Numbered from the stretch's first letter, positions 39,951 to 53,556 are shown. The stretch is DNA of 64,000 bases from Raillietiella orientalis (GCA_036172245.1 JAYWIR010000022.1:1426001-1490000), one strand, 5' to 3'. Notes: generated by a model from the letters alone, not told the origin. Program-made: numbers and translations.

Positions 39951-42900
39951 TTATTCTAAACACAAACATCCCCACATCATTTTTCTACGTAGTCACCATT
40001 TTTTCCCAAACACCCTTGATACCGTAGGACAAGCTTTTTGAAACGCTCTGCATCAAAGTCCGCCTCCTGGGAGTTCATCCAGTTCAGCACCGCAGTGGAA
40101 TGGGAAAGAATGATCAGAAGAACAGAAGAAATGGGAAAGGGGAACTTCTCAGTTGTGAAAGCCAAGACAGATAACAGGCAACTTTCCCCAAGAGATAATC
40201 ATTAAGCGAAAGATTTCACTTTCAGAAGCAGCCTTATGATTCACAAGAAAATGGAAAATTGTCAGAGTAGTCTTTGAAAAGACAAGCAGTTTCGTGCTCC
40301 TCTTAAGAATTCTCTAATCAGTGTTTTGAGAGTGTCTGAAGAAAACCCTCTCTGTGATTTGAAAAGCAGATGAAACCATTATTGGTGGGTAATTTTCATA
40401 TGTTAATGATTGAATAAGATATCATTGCATAAGCCATCCTCAGCATTTGCAACATTAGCATTCAATGACATGGCTCCTCATACTGCGAGACAAGGGTTTG
40501 TTAGGCAAAAAGGAATCATCCGGATTTCCGAAGTGATTTTTTTAATAGAAAAATTTTCTATTCTTCTATAGGATTTCTATTTCTCTAAAGAATTGCTGAT
40601 TGCTTTCCATCGTCTCTTCTACCATCACTGTTCCATTTGCTTCATTTGAAGAGTTCTCGAGGCCTTCAAGTTTGTAAGCAGCCACGAGAACAAATCATCC
40701 TGAGATGCAGGATTTGTAGATTAGTTCTTCAAGTACAGTTGAAAAATGAAATAGTGAGAGGCATAGCAATGCGTCCTGTTTCTTCCGTTAGGGTATCAGA
40801 TCGCAGTTGCAAGTATAAAAACCAAGAAAGGATAATATGGAATTGCTAAAGTTGAGGAGGCAAAATGCAGAAGCAGTAGATATGACCAAAGGAAAATTTC
40901 CAAGATGTCTGTTACGGATTTCCTAGTATGAAGAGATACGGTTGTTCGAAACGTTTGACCCAAGCGATATCACTGATCTCGAAGTGTATACGCAAGACAT
41001 CCTCTGTGGTGTGGCCTTCTTCTCAATCATTCTTCATTGTCACTGTGCTAACCACATAAATAAGGTAATGACAAAACCCTTGAATGGCAAGAAAAAACGG
41101 AGATCATTTACTTGTATAATTGTTTAAGACCTTCTTTTTAATAGATGCAACTGATTTGCCGAAACAGATTCCCAGACAATGGTGGTAATGAGCTTTCATG
41201 TTTGATATGCTCCATTCCTTTAAATATACTCTTCATAGATTTTTGTCAATATAACTCTTCAGATGGAATCCACATCGAAATGAAACTGCTATCTATTATT
41301 GTTTTTCTCTATTCCAAGAATAAAAAAAAAACACATATACTTGAGTTTTATGGTCGAAAAGAAGTGATTGCATCTGGAAAATGATCCCGCACCCACGTCA
41401 TGAAGTAAACATACCGCTCCTGAAAGTTCGTGTCCTCGAAAGTTGCAGTTGGTTCTTGTGAGCTTTGATGATACGGCGACACGATCCCTACTATGGCAAG
41501 AGGTAATTCGACGGATGTCTGCACTTGACCACCCATCACATTTCCTGAATACGCCAACGCCTTTGAAAACTTTCAGATTGCTCCTCGCTTCCTAGTTTAC
41601 CAATATACTTTCAATCATTTAAATGCAGTGAGGGTTTTGTTTTCTAGAAGCATCTGAAAACACCCTAACCTGGATGTTGCTATATCGCCTACTCGTCGGA
41701 ACATTCTCTCGTAGACAACAAGACTGCTAATTTCTGGTCCATTGAGGTTCGCCGTCAGAGATAATTGCTCTCTATCGCGAAGACCAATGCACGTTGACGA
41801 ATTCAACTCTCACAGTCCTGGAGGAACCAAAAAATGCAAAGAAACAAAAAAAAAAAAAAAAAATGCATGCGAAGATTTGACCTCACAAAATCACGAACTC
41901 GCACCGATAATTTCATCCTGTCAGATTAGTGAAAATCTAGAAATAGGCGCAATTATTCTTTTGCAAGAATATCGAGAGAAGTTGTGGCAACCAATCTGAA
42001 TTTGTGAAGTAAATCTGTGCACAGACTCGATCAGCAAATAACCAGAAATAGCCGCCAACTCCTTCTTGGCACAGATCGACATACAGAGCTTCGAAAACAT
42101 CCAGTTTTCAGTACTAATATGTTCTCCCAGCTAGTGCAATCGTGAACAGTTGAGGTCAGAGTACCTTTCTACATGTGCAATCTGCTACTGGAGCACACAG
42201 GACACGATAATTCTTCCGACATTAGCTTCAGAGCCATGGTTCGCACCAAAGCATGCACGATCCTTTGGAGGGAGAAATGAAACCTTGTTGAACTGAAATC
42301 AAGAACAAGAGGCACAAGACAATACCAAGAGGTAAACATACGAATCTCTTACCAGATGAACTGCATTGTTTGTTCAGCCTACAGAAATAAAAAAGTGAAA
42401 AAGAAGACCAGAGGCCACCAATCTTCCTGCGATGTCGATGACAAAGAGAAACTGCAATTCCCGATTTGGACGAGCATTTTCACTTTTTTCTCTCTCTCAG
42501 CTGATTCGTCGTGAAGGAAGGGCCGCTGGCAGCACAGTCAGCATCGCAGAGCGAAGAGATTTTCCACTCAGTAAGGAAGTCTTACTCACTTGACTACCCT
42601 GTATCCACAATCAGACTTCCCTGGATCACTCAACGGGTTCCCATAGCTCCTGTTGAGGAAACAGGTGCGCAAGTGCGGAATGCCCACTTTCGTTGCTTGT
42701 AGAGGAAAGAAACGCAAACGCTGGTGAAAGAGGAACGTGCCCAATGCAGCTTTGCAGCTCCCCTAGCGAGAATGCTTCCAGAACCATGTGCTCTTGCTTG
42801 GAGCACCGACACAGCAAAAAACTTGAATCTTGCATTTTCGATGGTGAACTCCCTCACAAGCCGCATATGCTATCCCCTGGGAAAAAGCCTCTTCCTCACA

Positions 42901-43215
42901 GTTTGAATGTTTCCACTCAAGGTTTGACTTCTCGAGTCAGGACACGGACCTTGTTTGAATCTCGGAATATCTGAAGAAGAAAAAAATAGGGGATGTTTTC
43001 CCGAGAAACTGTTCGCAATGATCACGGATTATTCCATCTGTCTCCCAACACGGCACGCATTTTTGCAGTCCACTCAGCAACGCGAATGCTTGCCGCTGTC
43101 CGTTTCTCATTGATTGCTTATCATTATGGTTGCTTGAAAATGCATCCCGGTGAGATTTCTGTTTCTCTCGTGTAAGCTCATTCATATCAGGACAGTATTA
43201 AATGAAAAGAGGATC

Positions 43216-43401
43216 ATGAAGATCCTTCTCAGTCTATTCCTATTTTTACATTTCGCAATGGTCTTTTCTCAGGAAAACTGTCCGCACCACGATGCGGCTT
43301 TAAAGAGGACAGATGTTGCCCCGTTTGGTGCGGGCAGTTTTCCTGAGAAAAGTTTCCATCAAAGGATATCCTACTATGGGGATACAAGTCTTGTGGGCTG
43401 A
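43216..43401 (+). CDS. Candidate small secreted peptide precursor (61 aa if unspliced)
   Basis: MKILLSLFLFLHFAMVFS/QENC... has a basic N-region, hydrophobic core and a plausible cleavage site. It contains an internal KR and ends in Gly. A plausible 41-nt 5'UTR intron lies at 43150-43190. No homolog recognised. Confidence 0.3.
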   Translation: MKILLSLFLFLHFAMVFSQENCPHHDAALKRTDVAPFGAGSFPEKSFHQRISYYGDTSLVG

Positions 43402-43496
43402 ATGAAGTCTTCAGACAATCGTCTCAGATGGTGAATGAACAAAAGCCGAAAAATTAGAGAAACTGTCTCTGATGGTACCAGGGATGAGTAGAAATT

Positions 43497-43945
43497 GACG
43501 GAGATTCCTCCGTAACTAACACCTATCCCAACGTGCAACCGGAGAAGCTTCGCCCGATGAGGGCTTCAATTTCGACAGATGGTTCCCCTGACGGAGGAGG
43601 ATGACGCTTGGATCCCCTGCCTCACGAATTGCAGTGCCCCGGTTAAGGAAACACTTCAAGTCCGGCAGTCGATTTCGGAGCAATTCGCGGGTTGGCGATT
43701 CTCCCACTACGCTCGCTCGCTGCTCGTAGCTGGCGAGGAAGAGTCCAAGGAAGAGTACCTTCAACCCGCAACGCTGGTACCAAGCGTGACGGATTCGAAT
43801 TCCCGGAAAGGATCGACTCCCGAGAGATGGATGCGCAGTAGGTTTCGAGTACCCTGCGGGATGATGCTGGTTTTCCAACCAGGTGATCCTGCGGGTACCG
43901 ATGGCAGTCGGAAACCGGATTTAGAAGTTACTCGGTTCTAGCTCA
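43497..43945 (+). other. GC-rich, highly self-complementary island of unknown origin with codon-aligned open frames on both strands
   Basis: Line 43681-43740 is 37/60 GC versus 15/60 in 44041-44100. Helices AGTCGAT/ATCGACT (43667/43812), GCGGGTTG/CAACCCGC (43687/43762), ACGCT/AGCGT and a long hairpin at 43849-43898; G-U pairs favour the + strand. Left boundary uncertain. Confidence 0.55.
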
Positions 43946-45386
43946 TCTGACATCTATGTTATAAATTGCTCTCATTTGTTACTTCGATTCTCTTATTGAG
44001 ACAGTCGAATAATACAAGCCTATTGTTAATATTTATTGCTTTTTATTAATACTTCCCTATGCTATTTTATAAAGGATTCTAATTATCATCTGAATTCTCG
44101 TGTGCAACTGAATAGACATAAAAACGTATGATCAGAAATGAAAACCAATAATTCTATTAATACTCTCTGGTTCATTACTTTGCTCAAATAGCACGTGAAG
44201 CTGCCTGTTGTTGTTAGTCATCGTTTTCCCAACGATTTTCACTTATATCTAGAAATGAATGTCCATAACTCTCCCCAAAATAAAGAACTCTCGAATACTC
44301 AGAGGCCTCTACTCATCAAAACTCCATTAAAAAATTGTCCAGTTGGTCACTGAGCAATCCTGCTCCATCCATAGTCTTCAAAGAGTATTGAAGGCTTTGT
44401 TAACTCTGGAACTGTTCGAGGGTGATTCCAAAAAAAAAAAAAAATCAACTTATCAACAGACATGCGAAAGGTCACTTAAGGCTACTCGCCAATCAATCTT
44501 AGGCTTAATTCGTTGTTTCCAAAGAAGTGTTTTTTCACGGTCATGTGTGGACGGTTTACGAATAAATATCATCAAGAATTCGACTCTGAAATATTGCAAT
44601 CAGTTATACTTTTTCGTTCTTTTTAGAATCAGATATGACTTCAACAAGAGAATCAGAGAAGTGCAGCTCTCAGTGGAGTATAGTTAAATATGCTAAATTT
44701 AAGCCTGCACATAATCCTGATGACAAAAGTAGCACTATAGGAAAATGGGAACACTTTGAAAGCGGTAGTGAGAGCACATTATGCATTAAGATCGAAGAGG
44801 TATGTTTTTGAAAAAATATATAGTCGAAGTCATAACTCCTAAGAAAAATGCTGTCCCAATATTTAAAATTACTCGATACGCTACCATTCTATACGTTCGC
44901 ATATTAAAACTTTGCCTTCACATAGTTCAAGGGATGTGTGTGCTAATTACACTTACTTTTATTGTGAAACCATATTACTTGAAAGAAATTGAGAAGCCCT
45001 CTGGCATGTATTTCGTTATGAAACCACCAAACGAAGAAAACAGATGGTGATAGGAATACTAATAATCCTGAATATTACATCGATGTGGCTTTTTTTCAAA
45101 GTTTTACGTAAAATGATTTGACAAATGCAGTTGACATAAAATGAAATGTATCAAGAAATCATGTATTGAATGTTTATTATTAATACAGATTTTTCCGTTT
45201 TTGTATCATACAAGACCATTTTGTATCATACAGACATCAAGTTTTTTTTTGTGTCTGTGTCTTGAAATGCTAATTGCTTCTGCAATCAAGTTAGTTTGAT
45301 TATACATTAGGGCACTAAGAAAGCTTCCTGGTTTGCAATGAAGTCGAGATTTGCAACGAGTTGCTCTAGGCATTTCGTACTGGAGC

Positions 45387-45417
45387 TTCTTTCATAACGT
45401 AGTTACGTTAGAAAGAA
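45387..45417. repeat. Short inverted repeat (hairpin)
   Basis: TTCTTTC-A-TAACGT-AGTT-ACGTTA-GAAAGAA: 13 bp with one bulge; followed by a partial copy CTTCTTTCATAA. Confidence 0.7.
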
Positions 45418-47269
45418 CTTAACTTCTTTCATAAGTTGAAGTCGAGAATAATTTAAAATGTAAATTCCTAACATTCCTAATATGAAAACCATTCTCGTTT
45501 TGATGCTTTTTATAATTACCATTTACTTCCAGCTGTAGTTTTGTTTTTGCATGTTTTGCATTTGCAAGAATTTAATTAGCTATGGTGAACTCTTGGACAT
45601 AAAGGAATCAATTTGCAGAAAGCAAACTGATATTCGATCGTACAAGACTTGCACTTTTACGATTTGATTATTCAATACTTTAAAAATTGTTGCACTTTTG
45701 ACTATTGACTATTTAGTCGTAAGTTTGCTACTTTTGCGCAAATAATCACCTCCGTTTGCATAAAATAAGTAATCTCATCACAAGGTTCAAGATATGTACA
45801 CATTTTTTTTTTTTTTTAAGTAGAATAATGGTTTGGGGAACATTTGAGTTTTTACTACAGATCAGTAAACTGTTTAAAAAAACTTTTTCAAAAAACTGAT
45901 CTTTTAAAAAGCTGATGCCTTCAGCACAATCATATTGCACTTTAATGTACATGCAAATTCGTCTTCATTCGTTTCCAAATATTCCGGAAAAAGTTTTCAA
46001 GCTGTATTCAGTTTTTGAGAAATACAGTTTACATGAAGTGATGCAAAAGCTACATAATTGTTTTAATCTTCATCCATCTGTTGTGCTCTTTTTTCTCTAT
46101 TCAAAATAGCGATCTATTAGATGACAAATTTCACACGTATTACGCATCCACTAATATTTCGTTTTCTGCTTCTCTACCAACTGATTTACTGGTGAATTGT
46201 TTTGCTGACACCTTTTTGATCCTCTGCCAATTCAAATATGTTTTAATATCCCAAGATAAAATGACAGCTTCTCCATCATGATGGGGACATGAGTCTTCCA
46301 AATGACTTGTCCCAACTTTTTTCTGATGAACTGTCTTTTTTACAGGCAACAAGTGCGAAAAACACAGCATACTTAATAACGCTGCTTTGGGCCAAAATTA
46401 CAGAAACAAATAGAATTAAAACCTCTCCTGGGATAAAATTGCAACTTTTTCCCAGCTACCACGCAAATTATAAAATTACAGGGTATATAACCTACCATAG
46501 GTAGATTGTAAAATCGTCTGCGGGACCAGACGTGAAAAACATTTGAAAGCTTTCACTAGTGAAACTTCTGTTATAACTTTGTAAATCTCCATAAATTTCT
46601 TTTCCAGAAAATTCTCTATATTTTACGTAACTCAAAGATCTTAGAAAAATGTGAAATGGCAAAACAACATTGTTTTTTAAAAGGGCTGTCTAAAGAAGAC
46701 AGAATGATCCTGGTTTATCAGACCAAGGTAAGCATGTGTAGCTTTAATGAAAATATGTTGACGTTTTTGCAAAGGGCGAAATACAGCGCTTCAGGTTTCG
46801 ATTTGCAAGCCACAAAAAAAATGCATCCTATTATTGCCTTGAATGTGCGCTTGTACTAAAACAATACATTTTCATGGATATACAGTATACTTCCATTGCA
46901 TGTAAGTGCTTTACATACTCTATATGTTAAAAGATTTGTATCAATCACAAATTAAGCATCTTCTGAGGCCCAAAATATTACCAAAAGCCTAGCAAATAAA
47001 CAGCGCAAGGTATTTACGTTTTCAGGAGCACCGGAAAAACCAGATACATCGTACTTCAATTTCATTGATTTTTCAACAGGTAAATGCATCAAACGGTAGC
47101 AGTTAATTAATTTCAGATTAGTATACAATCACAGTACACGAACACTAAGTGATGCAAAACTAAAAGAAATTATCAGTTTATGTCTCGATGATCCATCCTT
47201 CCCTGATTTTGTTTGTCGTGTTGAAACATGCTTAAAAAGTATACAATAGCCTGGGTTTACCATCAGCGA

Positions 47270-47323
47270 AATTTTCTATTTGCTACATAAACATACATAA
47301 TAATTTTCTATTTGCTACATAAA
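47270..47323. repeat. Direct tandem duplication (22-nt exact unit, period 32) downstream of the ATP6V1H stop
   Basis: AATTTTCTATTTGCTACATAAA at 47270 and 47302. Confidence 0.8.
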
Positions 47324-47415
47324 TAACTACAATAATCTTCTATTCTATTCTATGTTTCATGCCAGTCTTCTTGCAATGGATGCACTCAATCTGAAGGTTT
47401 ATCTGCATGTAGGTT

Positions 47416-50400
47416 CTAAGCTATTGTACTGACAGGAGAAAACTGCCCTTTCCCAAGAAGAGCAGCATCAGTATCTTTTTCTAGCTGTTTACCCAAATAC
47501 TCCCTGGAAAACAGAAAAAAAACAATCAAAGCAATACACAATCATTTCATGAAATAAATATGAAATGTACAAGAGAGAGAAAAAACGAACACCCACAAGA
47601 ATTAGAATAAATGCCGAATCAGCACTATTCTTTGACATTTGGATACCTAAAACTAGGGACATTTGGAGTTCTCGACACATCAAAAACACTGGCCATTACA
47701 ATTTCAAGTTATGATGCAAATTTAAGATTTGAAGAAACTAAGTAACTATGATTTGTGTCCCTTGGGTTTGAAAACTTGTTTGCTTCTTTACAAATCTTTG
47801 GAACACAATTACTGCTTTTCAAAATTAAAATAAAGTTAGGCATTATATCCTTTGAATCTTTAAATGGGTATGTGTCAAAGAAATGTGTGTTGTCTAAGCA
47901 TTAATAAATGTTGGCACTGAAACAGATAGTAAATCAAATGTGAGAAATACCATAATCCGAGAAAGACCATGGCAGGAAAAAAGTATGGTATTAAAATACA
48001 ATTATATTATGAAATACTTTTATATATGCTTACCAATTATGTACCATCAATTTTTGGACTGCCAATAAAGCTTGATAGCGTACATTTGGTTCTTCATGAG
48101 ATAAATTTTGCATCACCAATGTCTTCCCACCAAGTTGCTCAATAACATGCTTGCCACGTGGATAATGGCGCACATATTCTCCAATATCATGACTTGCCAC
48201 ACAGAGAATTAATGGATCCTTGCTTGACTCCAAAAGATGAATAAGTATCTTCAGTAATTCATAATTATTATCATTTAAATGGCTTGCATTTTCATGCCAA
48301 AATTTTTCCGATTTATGCACAGGGCTCCATTCTAATCTTCCAGACTTGAGTTCAGTTGCATATTCATCCAGAGAACTAACTTCCATGTATTTTAATTAAG
48401 AATAAATAACCAGTACCTTAGATCTTGGATAGATGTTTGTAATTTTTCTTTCAAAAAACTGATATCTGCCATTACATCTTCATCATCAAATTTACGTTGT
48501 TCCAAAACATCCAACTGTTTGATCATCTTACAATGCACCAAGTTCATACAATTTTCTCTAACAAGGACAGGATCTTCTGGCTTTTCTATTAAGTTCTATA
48601 AAAATCTTATTTGCAATGTATCAAAGAGTAATGTGTAAGTACTCTTACTCTAAAAACAGCCAAAATAATGCGCATCACTTTTTCTTTGCCAGAGTCCCTC
48701 AAAATATCTGCTAAAATAGGAATCACATGATATCTAAGAAGTAAATAGAAATTACAGGTGCTTTACCAATCAATTAGACTACCTGCTGAATTTTTCAGCA
48801 ATCTGGGCATTAAAAGACAATACCCAAATACAAAATATTAATTGGTACTGAACTTGGTAATTCAGTGGCTTTGAAAGTACTGTAATCAGGGTATGGATGC
48901 CATCTAATGCCACAAATGCAAGACGATATTCATTAATTTGCAAAAGCATTTGAAGACAACGTGCCACTGAATCAACATACTCATTGTTCTAAACAAAAAG
49001 CATCTTCAAAAGAAACATAACAGTTTTACATACATCTTTCAACAACTGTTCTTTTAGCCAACAGAGATAAAAACTGAGATCACTGCCACTCATAAGTTTT
49101 TCACTCCAGCATGCTATTTTTGCAATAATGCATGCTGTCAAATTCATGATCATTCCATCTGGTCTGTTGAGGAGATTAAGAAAACAACTCCATACCGATT
49201 CCTTTTTTTTTTTGAAATAGTCTCTAAAGATGCTCACTTTAGACTTATCTTCCTAATTTTTAAGAACCTTATTCTCTAGGAGAGAAAAAAAATACATACC
49301 TGCAGCAAATCATTAATCATTACCAAAAGATACTGAATAGTTTGTTCTTTTGAAATATGTCCCAACAAATTAAAAAATGTTTTCGCACACTGATTTCTAT
49401 TATTCTGAAGGAAAGCATCCTTATCCTCAGCAGAACATTTATCGAGTCCACTAATAAACTCATACTCCTCTTCATTTATCATTAGAGATCTATGAATATT
49501 TGCACATTATAACTTTCTTGAAAAAGTAACATACTGAAGATAAGACTGCCATTTGACTCTCTGAAGGCGGACATCAATGATTCTTTGTTCCAGAACACTA
49601 GTGGCTACCATGACTGTCTCTATAATGGAGCAATATACATAATAAAAGCCGATATTCTAAATAATGTGGAGTTTTGATAACATGTACCAATAATTGAACA
49701 GATTCGTTAATGCAGTATCATCATTATGAAATGAAGTAATTATTTCATTTTATTTTACTTCTGACTAGGGACTACATTTTGTAGCAGTTAGGAATGTGTT
49801 CTATAATTGAATAAAAAAAGCGTTCATTTTACTTCTTTTATTAACTTTTTGCAAAACTCATAGTACATCTAAAACAGGTAATTAGCACAAAAGTATGTAG
49901 TAATATAATATGTTTGGATTAAAAAAAAATACTTTATAAGAAATTTAGAAATGAAATGAGATTCAGAAATGTTTGTGTACACCTAACACCTAATCAGTTT
50001 CACAAAGAACAATTTTCGAGATACTTTCAATATAATGCAAGGGGCAAAGTTCACACATCCAGCTATAATACATAAACAAACAGGAATATTCATTAAGGAT
50101 TTCCCTGCTTATTCACTCAGATGAATCACGTGAAGTCTAGTAATTAGTGCTACTTAAAACAATGCATGAATGGATATGGAAGACAAATATGGAAATACTG
50201 ATGTAGCAAGAGTACAGAATATTCATACACTAACAAGTATCTCAAGCTTCAAAACAACTGATACTACCTATAGCATAATTGGAATTGAAATAACATAAAT
50301 TGAAAATGGAATCCATTATTTTATGCATAGAAAGCTTACAATATTTTGATGTGCAGATATTTGAGGGAAGAATACATTTAACAATGAAATGATCTAAGAG

Positions 50401-51096
50401 CACAAATTTTTCCAAATGCGAGACTGCCCAACTATAAGTCACTAATGGTGAGAAAATGTTCCGTAATCACCAAAAGTTCGATCTGGAATAATCAACCCAC
50501 TTAATAATTAATATTCCATAACTTATGTCTTGTTAGAAAAAATCTTCTGCCTTTGATAAATCAATCTTAAAAGTAAACACATCTTAAGTGTGTAGACATG
50601 CTATTACAAATATTCACCACAGTTGTTGAAAACTAAATACTTACAGTGCTCTAATGTAAAAGCATTTAAAAAATAATAAAATACATCCCAGAGCAGGGTT
50701 GTAAAACGAAGCAGTGTATGCCCCCATACACACACACTTCTGTAATACCTGATATTTATTTGAAATAATGAAAACAGTCAAACAACAATAATGAAAAAGT
50801 CCTATAGGCTCGTACAACTATATGTATTTGATATAAGTGAATATTTAAATGATTACTTGCATAAAAATTTTTACACCTGTTACTATTTTATTCAATATGT
50901 GAGGACCTTTCTATACAGTAAGTAATCTGTACAATCAGTAACCAACCAGATCTGTATGGAAATTCTTAAGTGTGCCAGTTAATTGACGCCAGCTTCGTTA
51001 AAATTTGAATCAACTTATAACTGGTTGTTTACCTTCTTTTTCAGCATCTTTTGGTGATGATGATGGCACCAATTTGACACTGCCATTTGCTGCCAT
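47416..51096 (-). CDS. ATP6V1H: V-type proton ATPase V1 subunit H, about 485 aa; exons 51033-51096, 49535-49619, 49300-49489, 49034-49252, 48783-48988, 48649-48733, 48417-48595, 48034-48375, 47416-47503
   Basis: Motifs [117 protein letters not shown]. Nine exons join in phase with GT-AG introns. Exon 1 ([21 protein letters not shown]) is supported only by Kozak context and phase. Confidence 0.95.
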
Positions 51097-52299
51097 GGTG
51101 AATGAAAGGGTAATTCAGTGCATTAAATAGGAAATTATGTGATGCTCACAAAAATGCAATCAGAAATGTTACTTTCTTCAAAAATTTTATTATTCAAAGT
51201 ATTATGAAATGCTGTGAATCACCTGGAAGAAATTTTTATTCTTTGTACCCAATATCATACTGAAATTGTGATGAGGGTTCTCGTGGAAATGTAAATATGC
51301 AACTCTAATTCTCTTTTATTCCCTTTCCCCCAACGAGCTACTTTTTTTTTTATGCTTACTTTATATGTACCCAATTTCGGATTGCAAATGTACATAAGAA
51401 CACTACTAAAAACTTTTCAATCTAACTCAATGAAATACCCAAAAAAAATTTTTGCGTTCAGAAACATATCTCAGTACTAAAAACTCCAAAAATTTCTCAT
51501 GAGAATAAGGCCACCTTGTATTGCCAGAACTAGTCACATTATTTTACGTAATCAAAATTCAAAATCAACTTAAATTCACAAAGCGCAGTGAACACTTGAA
51601 AACATGAGATCGTTGCCCGAAATAATTTACTTTTATTTCACTAAAAATACCAAATTATAGAAATCATCTTTACCAACAGTTTTATTTTGTTTTGTTTGAT
51701 ATTTCCATTATACTTTTAATCAGATATATCCAATACCTAAATGGAAAAAAAATTCTACTTATATAATAAATTTCATCATTTTTCCGAATCCATCACAAGC
51801 TGGGATAACATGCTAAGCATGCTTGCAAGTACTGCTACAATTTCTGGTAAAAAACGACCAGGAACACATAAGTTTTACTTGCTTGGCATGAATTTTTAAG
51901 CTATCATATGCCACTTTGTTACATTAATCAATTTAAAATAAAGCTTAAAATCACCAAATCAATAAGACATATCACACGTAACGACTTCAAAAATTATCAC
52001 AATTCCATCAAAATACAGTATATCAGTGAACACAAAGTAATGCAACGATGTTTAAGCAATCAAAATACAATGAGCGAGGAGATGAAGTAACATTGAAAAA
52101 AACTTTGGGCCATTTGGCTGTCACAATTGTTTTTGAAAATATTCTTTCAATTAAGATAACAAGAGGTATCACAGAATAAGGAGTCGCTACTTCTAATAAA
52201 TTCTTTTTCCTTCTCGAAAGCTTACTTTCTAATTTTAAATGGTATTTCATAAACAAATGGTGTGAAGAGTCTCGTGTCTTGGCAATGCGGTAACTTCGG

Positions 52300-52765
52300 C
52301 ACTCACATCTCTGTACTTATTCTTGGAAACGCACTTCAGGGACGATCACTTCATGGCAGACCTTCACATAATGAACCAGGTGAACAGAATAGGCACAGTT
52401 ATATAGTCCTTTACATACATCATGCAGTTCTGATTCGATTACACAGACATATTTACGTGTAAAATACATGAAAAACGTGTGTACAAAGTATGTAGCATCG
52501 CAAAAAACAAATCAAAACTTCAATAATTGTATATTTAAACAATAAGGGTATTTGAAATAACATACTGGAAACTAGGTTCATATCACGAAAATAACATATT
52601 ATCATCATTCATATACATTCGATATGACTATGTTAAAATTGAAATAACTTTATGATAGCATTATTACATACTAGAATGAAATATTTCCATGAAATGGAGA
52701 TATACAAGAGTGAGTCAGTTGAACCGTACTCGTTCAGCAGTTTCAGATCCTCCTTTTTCTCGGGT
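52300..52765. promoter_or_regulatory. Candidate bidirectional promoter for ATP6V1H and NIT2
   Basis: The genes are divergent. A + strand Inr-like TCAGTT at 52715 is followed by a donor (CGG/GTAACT, 52764) that could splice to the TTGTAG acceptor 3 nt before the NIT2 ATG. A - strand donor (AGAT/GTGAGT) lies at 52305-52306. An AT-rich core sits between. Confidence 0.3.
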
Positions 52766-53477
52766 AACTAGTCGCGATATCCTGATAAGTTTCGAAATGT
52801 TCTCAGGCTTCAGTTCTGAACCATAGTGAGCATTAAAATTGGTGTCTGCTTTATAAATCTGAGGCAAAATTATGAGATCATAAAATGAAAAGTGGACGTC
52901 AGTATTTGAGTCACAATACATATTTGCTCGATAAACGTGTATTTCATATGTGTATTCATATATGGGTTGTATACCTATATACATAACATTTAACGAAAAC
53001 CATTATGCATTTACTAAATACGATGGCTTGCATCATTATATATAGTATCTTAGATCACAACATGTGTTCATCATTAATGAATTATTTATGAAACCACATC
53101 CTTGTTCACAAGGCTTTGTCAACATGCATTACCCGAAATGAACATCCTTCGGATTTCTGAGAAGTTCTTAGAGACACTGTTTCCTCAGCAGTCATTTACG
53201 AAGGTTTATCGGACTTAAAACTGTTGCCTCCAAAACACATTACAGCCAGTGGTAGAATCATAACTTTTCTTGTGTCAGCTTTATGCCCTAGAAAATCAAC
53301 TGAAGGATAAGTAGAACTCTTTAAATTCCTTGACTCAGGAACGCGTCCTTTATAGTGCTATCCAGTAAGTACTAGAGAGTTTGCCAGGTTAATGTGAACA
53401 ATGAGATTTTTTCTTCTTGAATGACTTGTATTTCCTTTTTGTTTCAAATGATTTTTTTTTTTCGTTTGTTTCTGAGT

Positions 53478-53556
53478 TCTGTGATAGGGAGGCATTTATG
53501 TCTCTAAGGTGATGATCATATGTCTGTGACAGGGAGGCATTTACGTCGCTAAGGTG
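53478..53556. repeat. Direct tandem duplication, period 45
   Basis: TCTGTGATAGGGAGGCATTTATGTCTCTAAGGTG versus TCTGTGACAGGGAGGCATTTACGTCGCTAAGGTG (31/34 identical). Confidence 0.85.
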
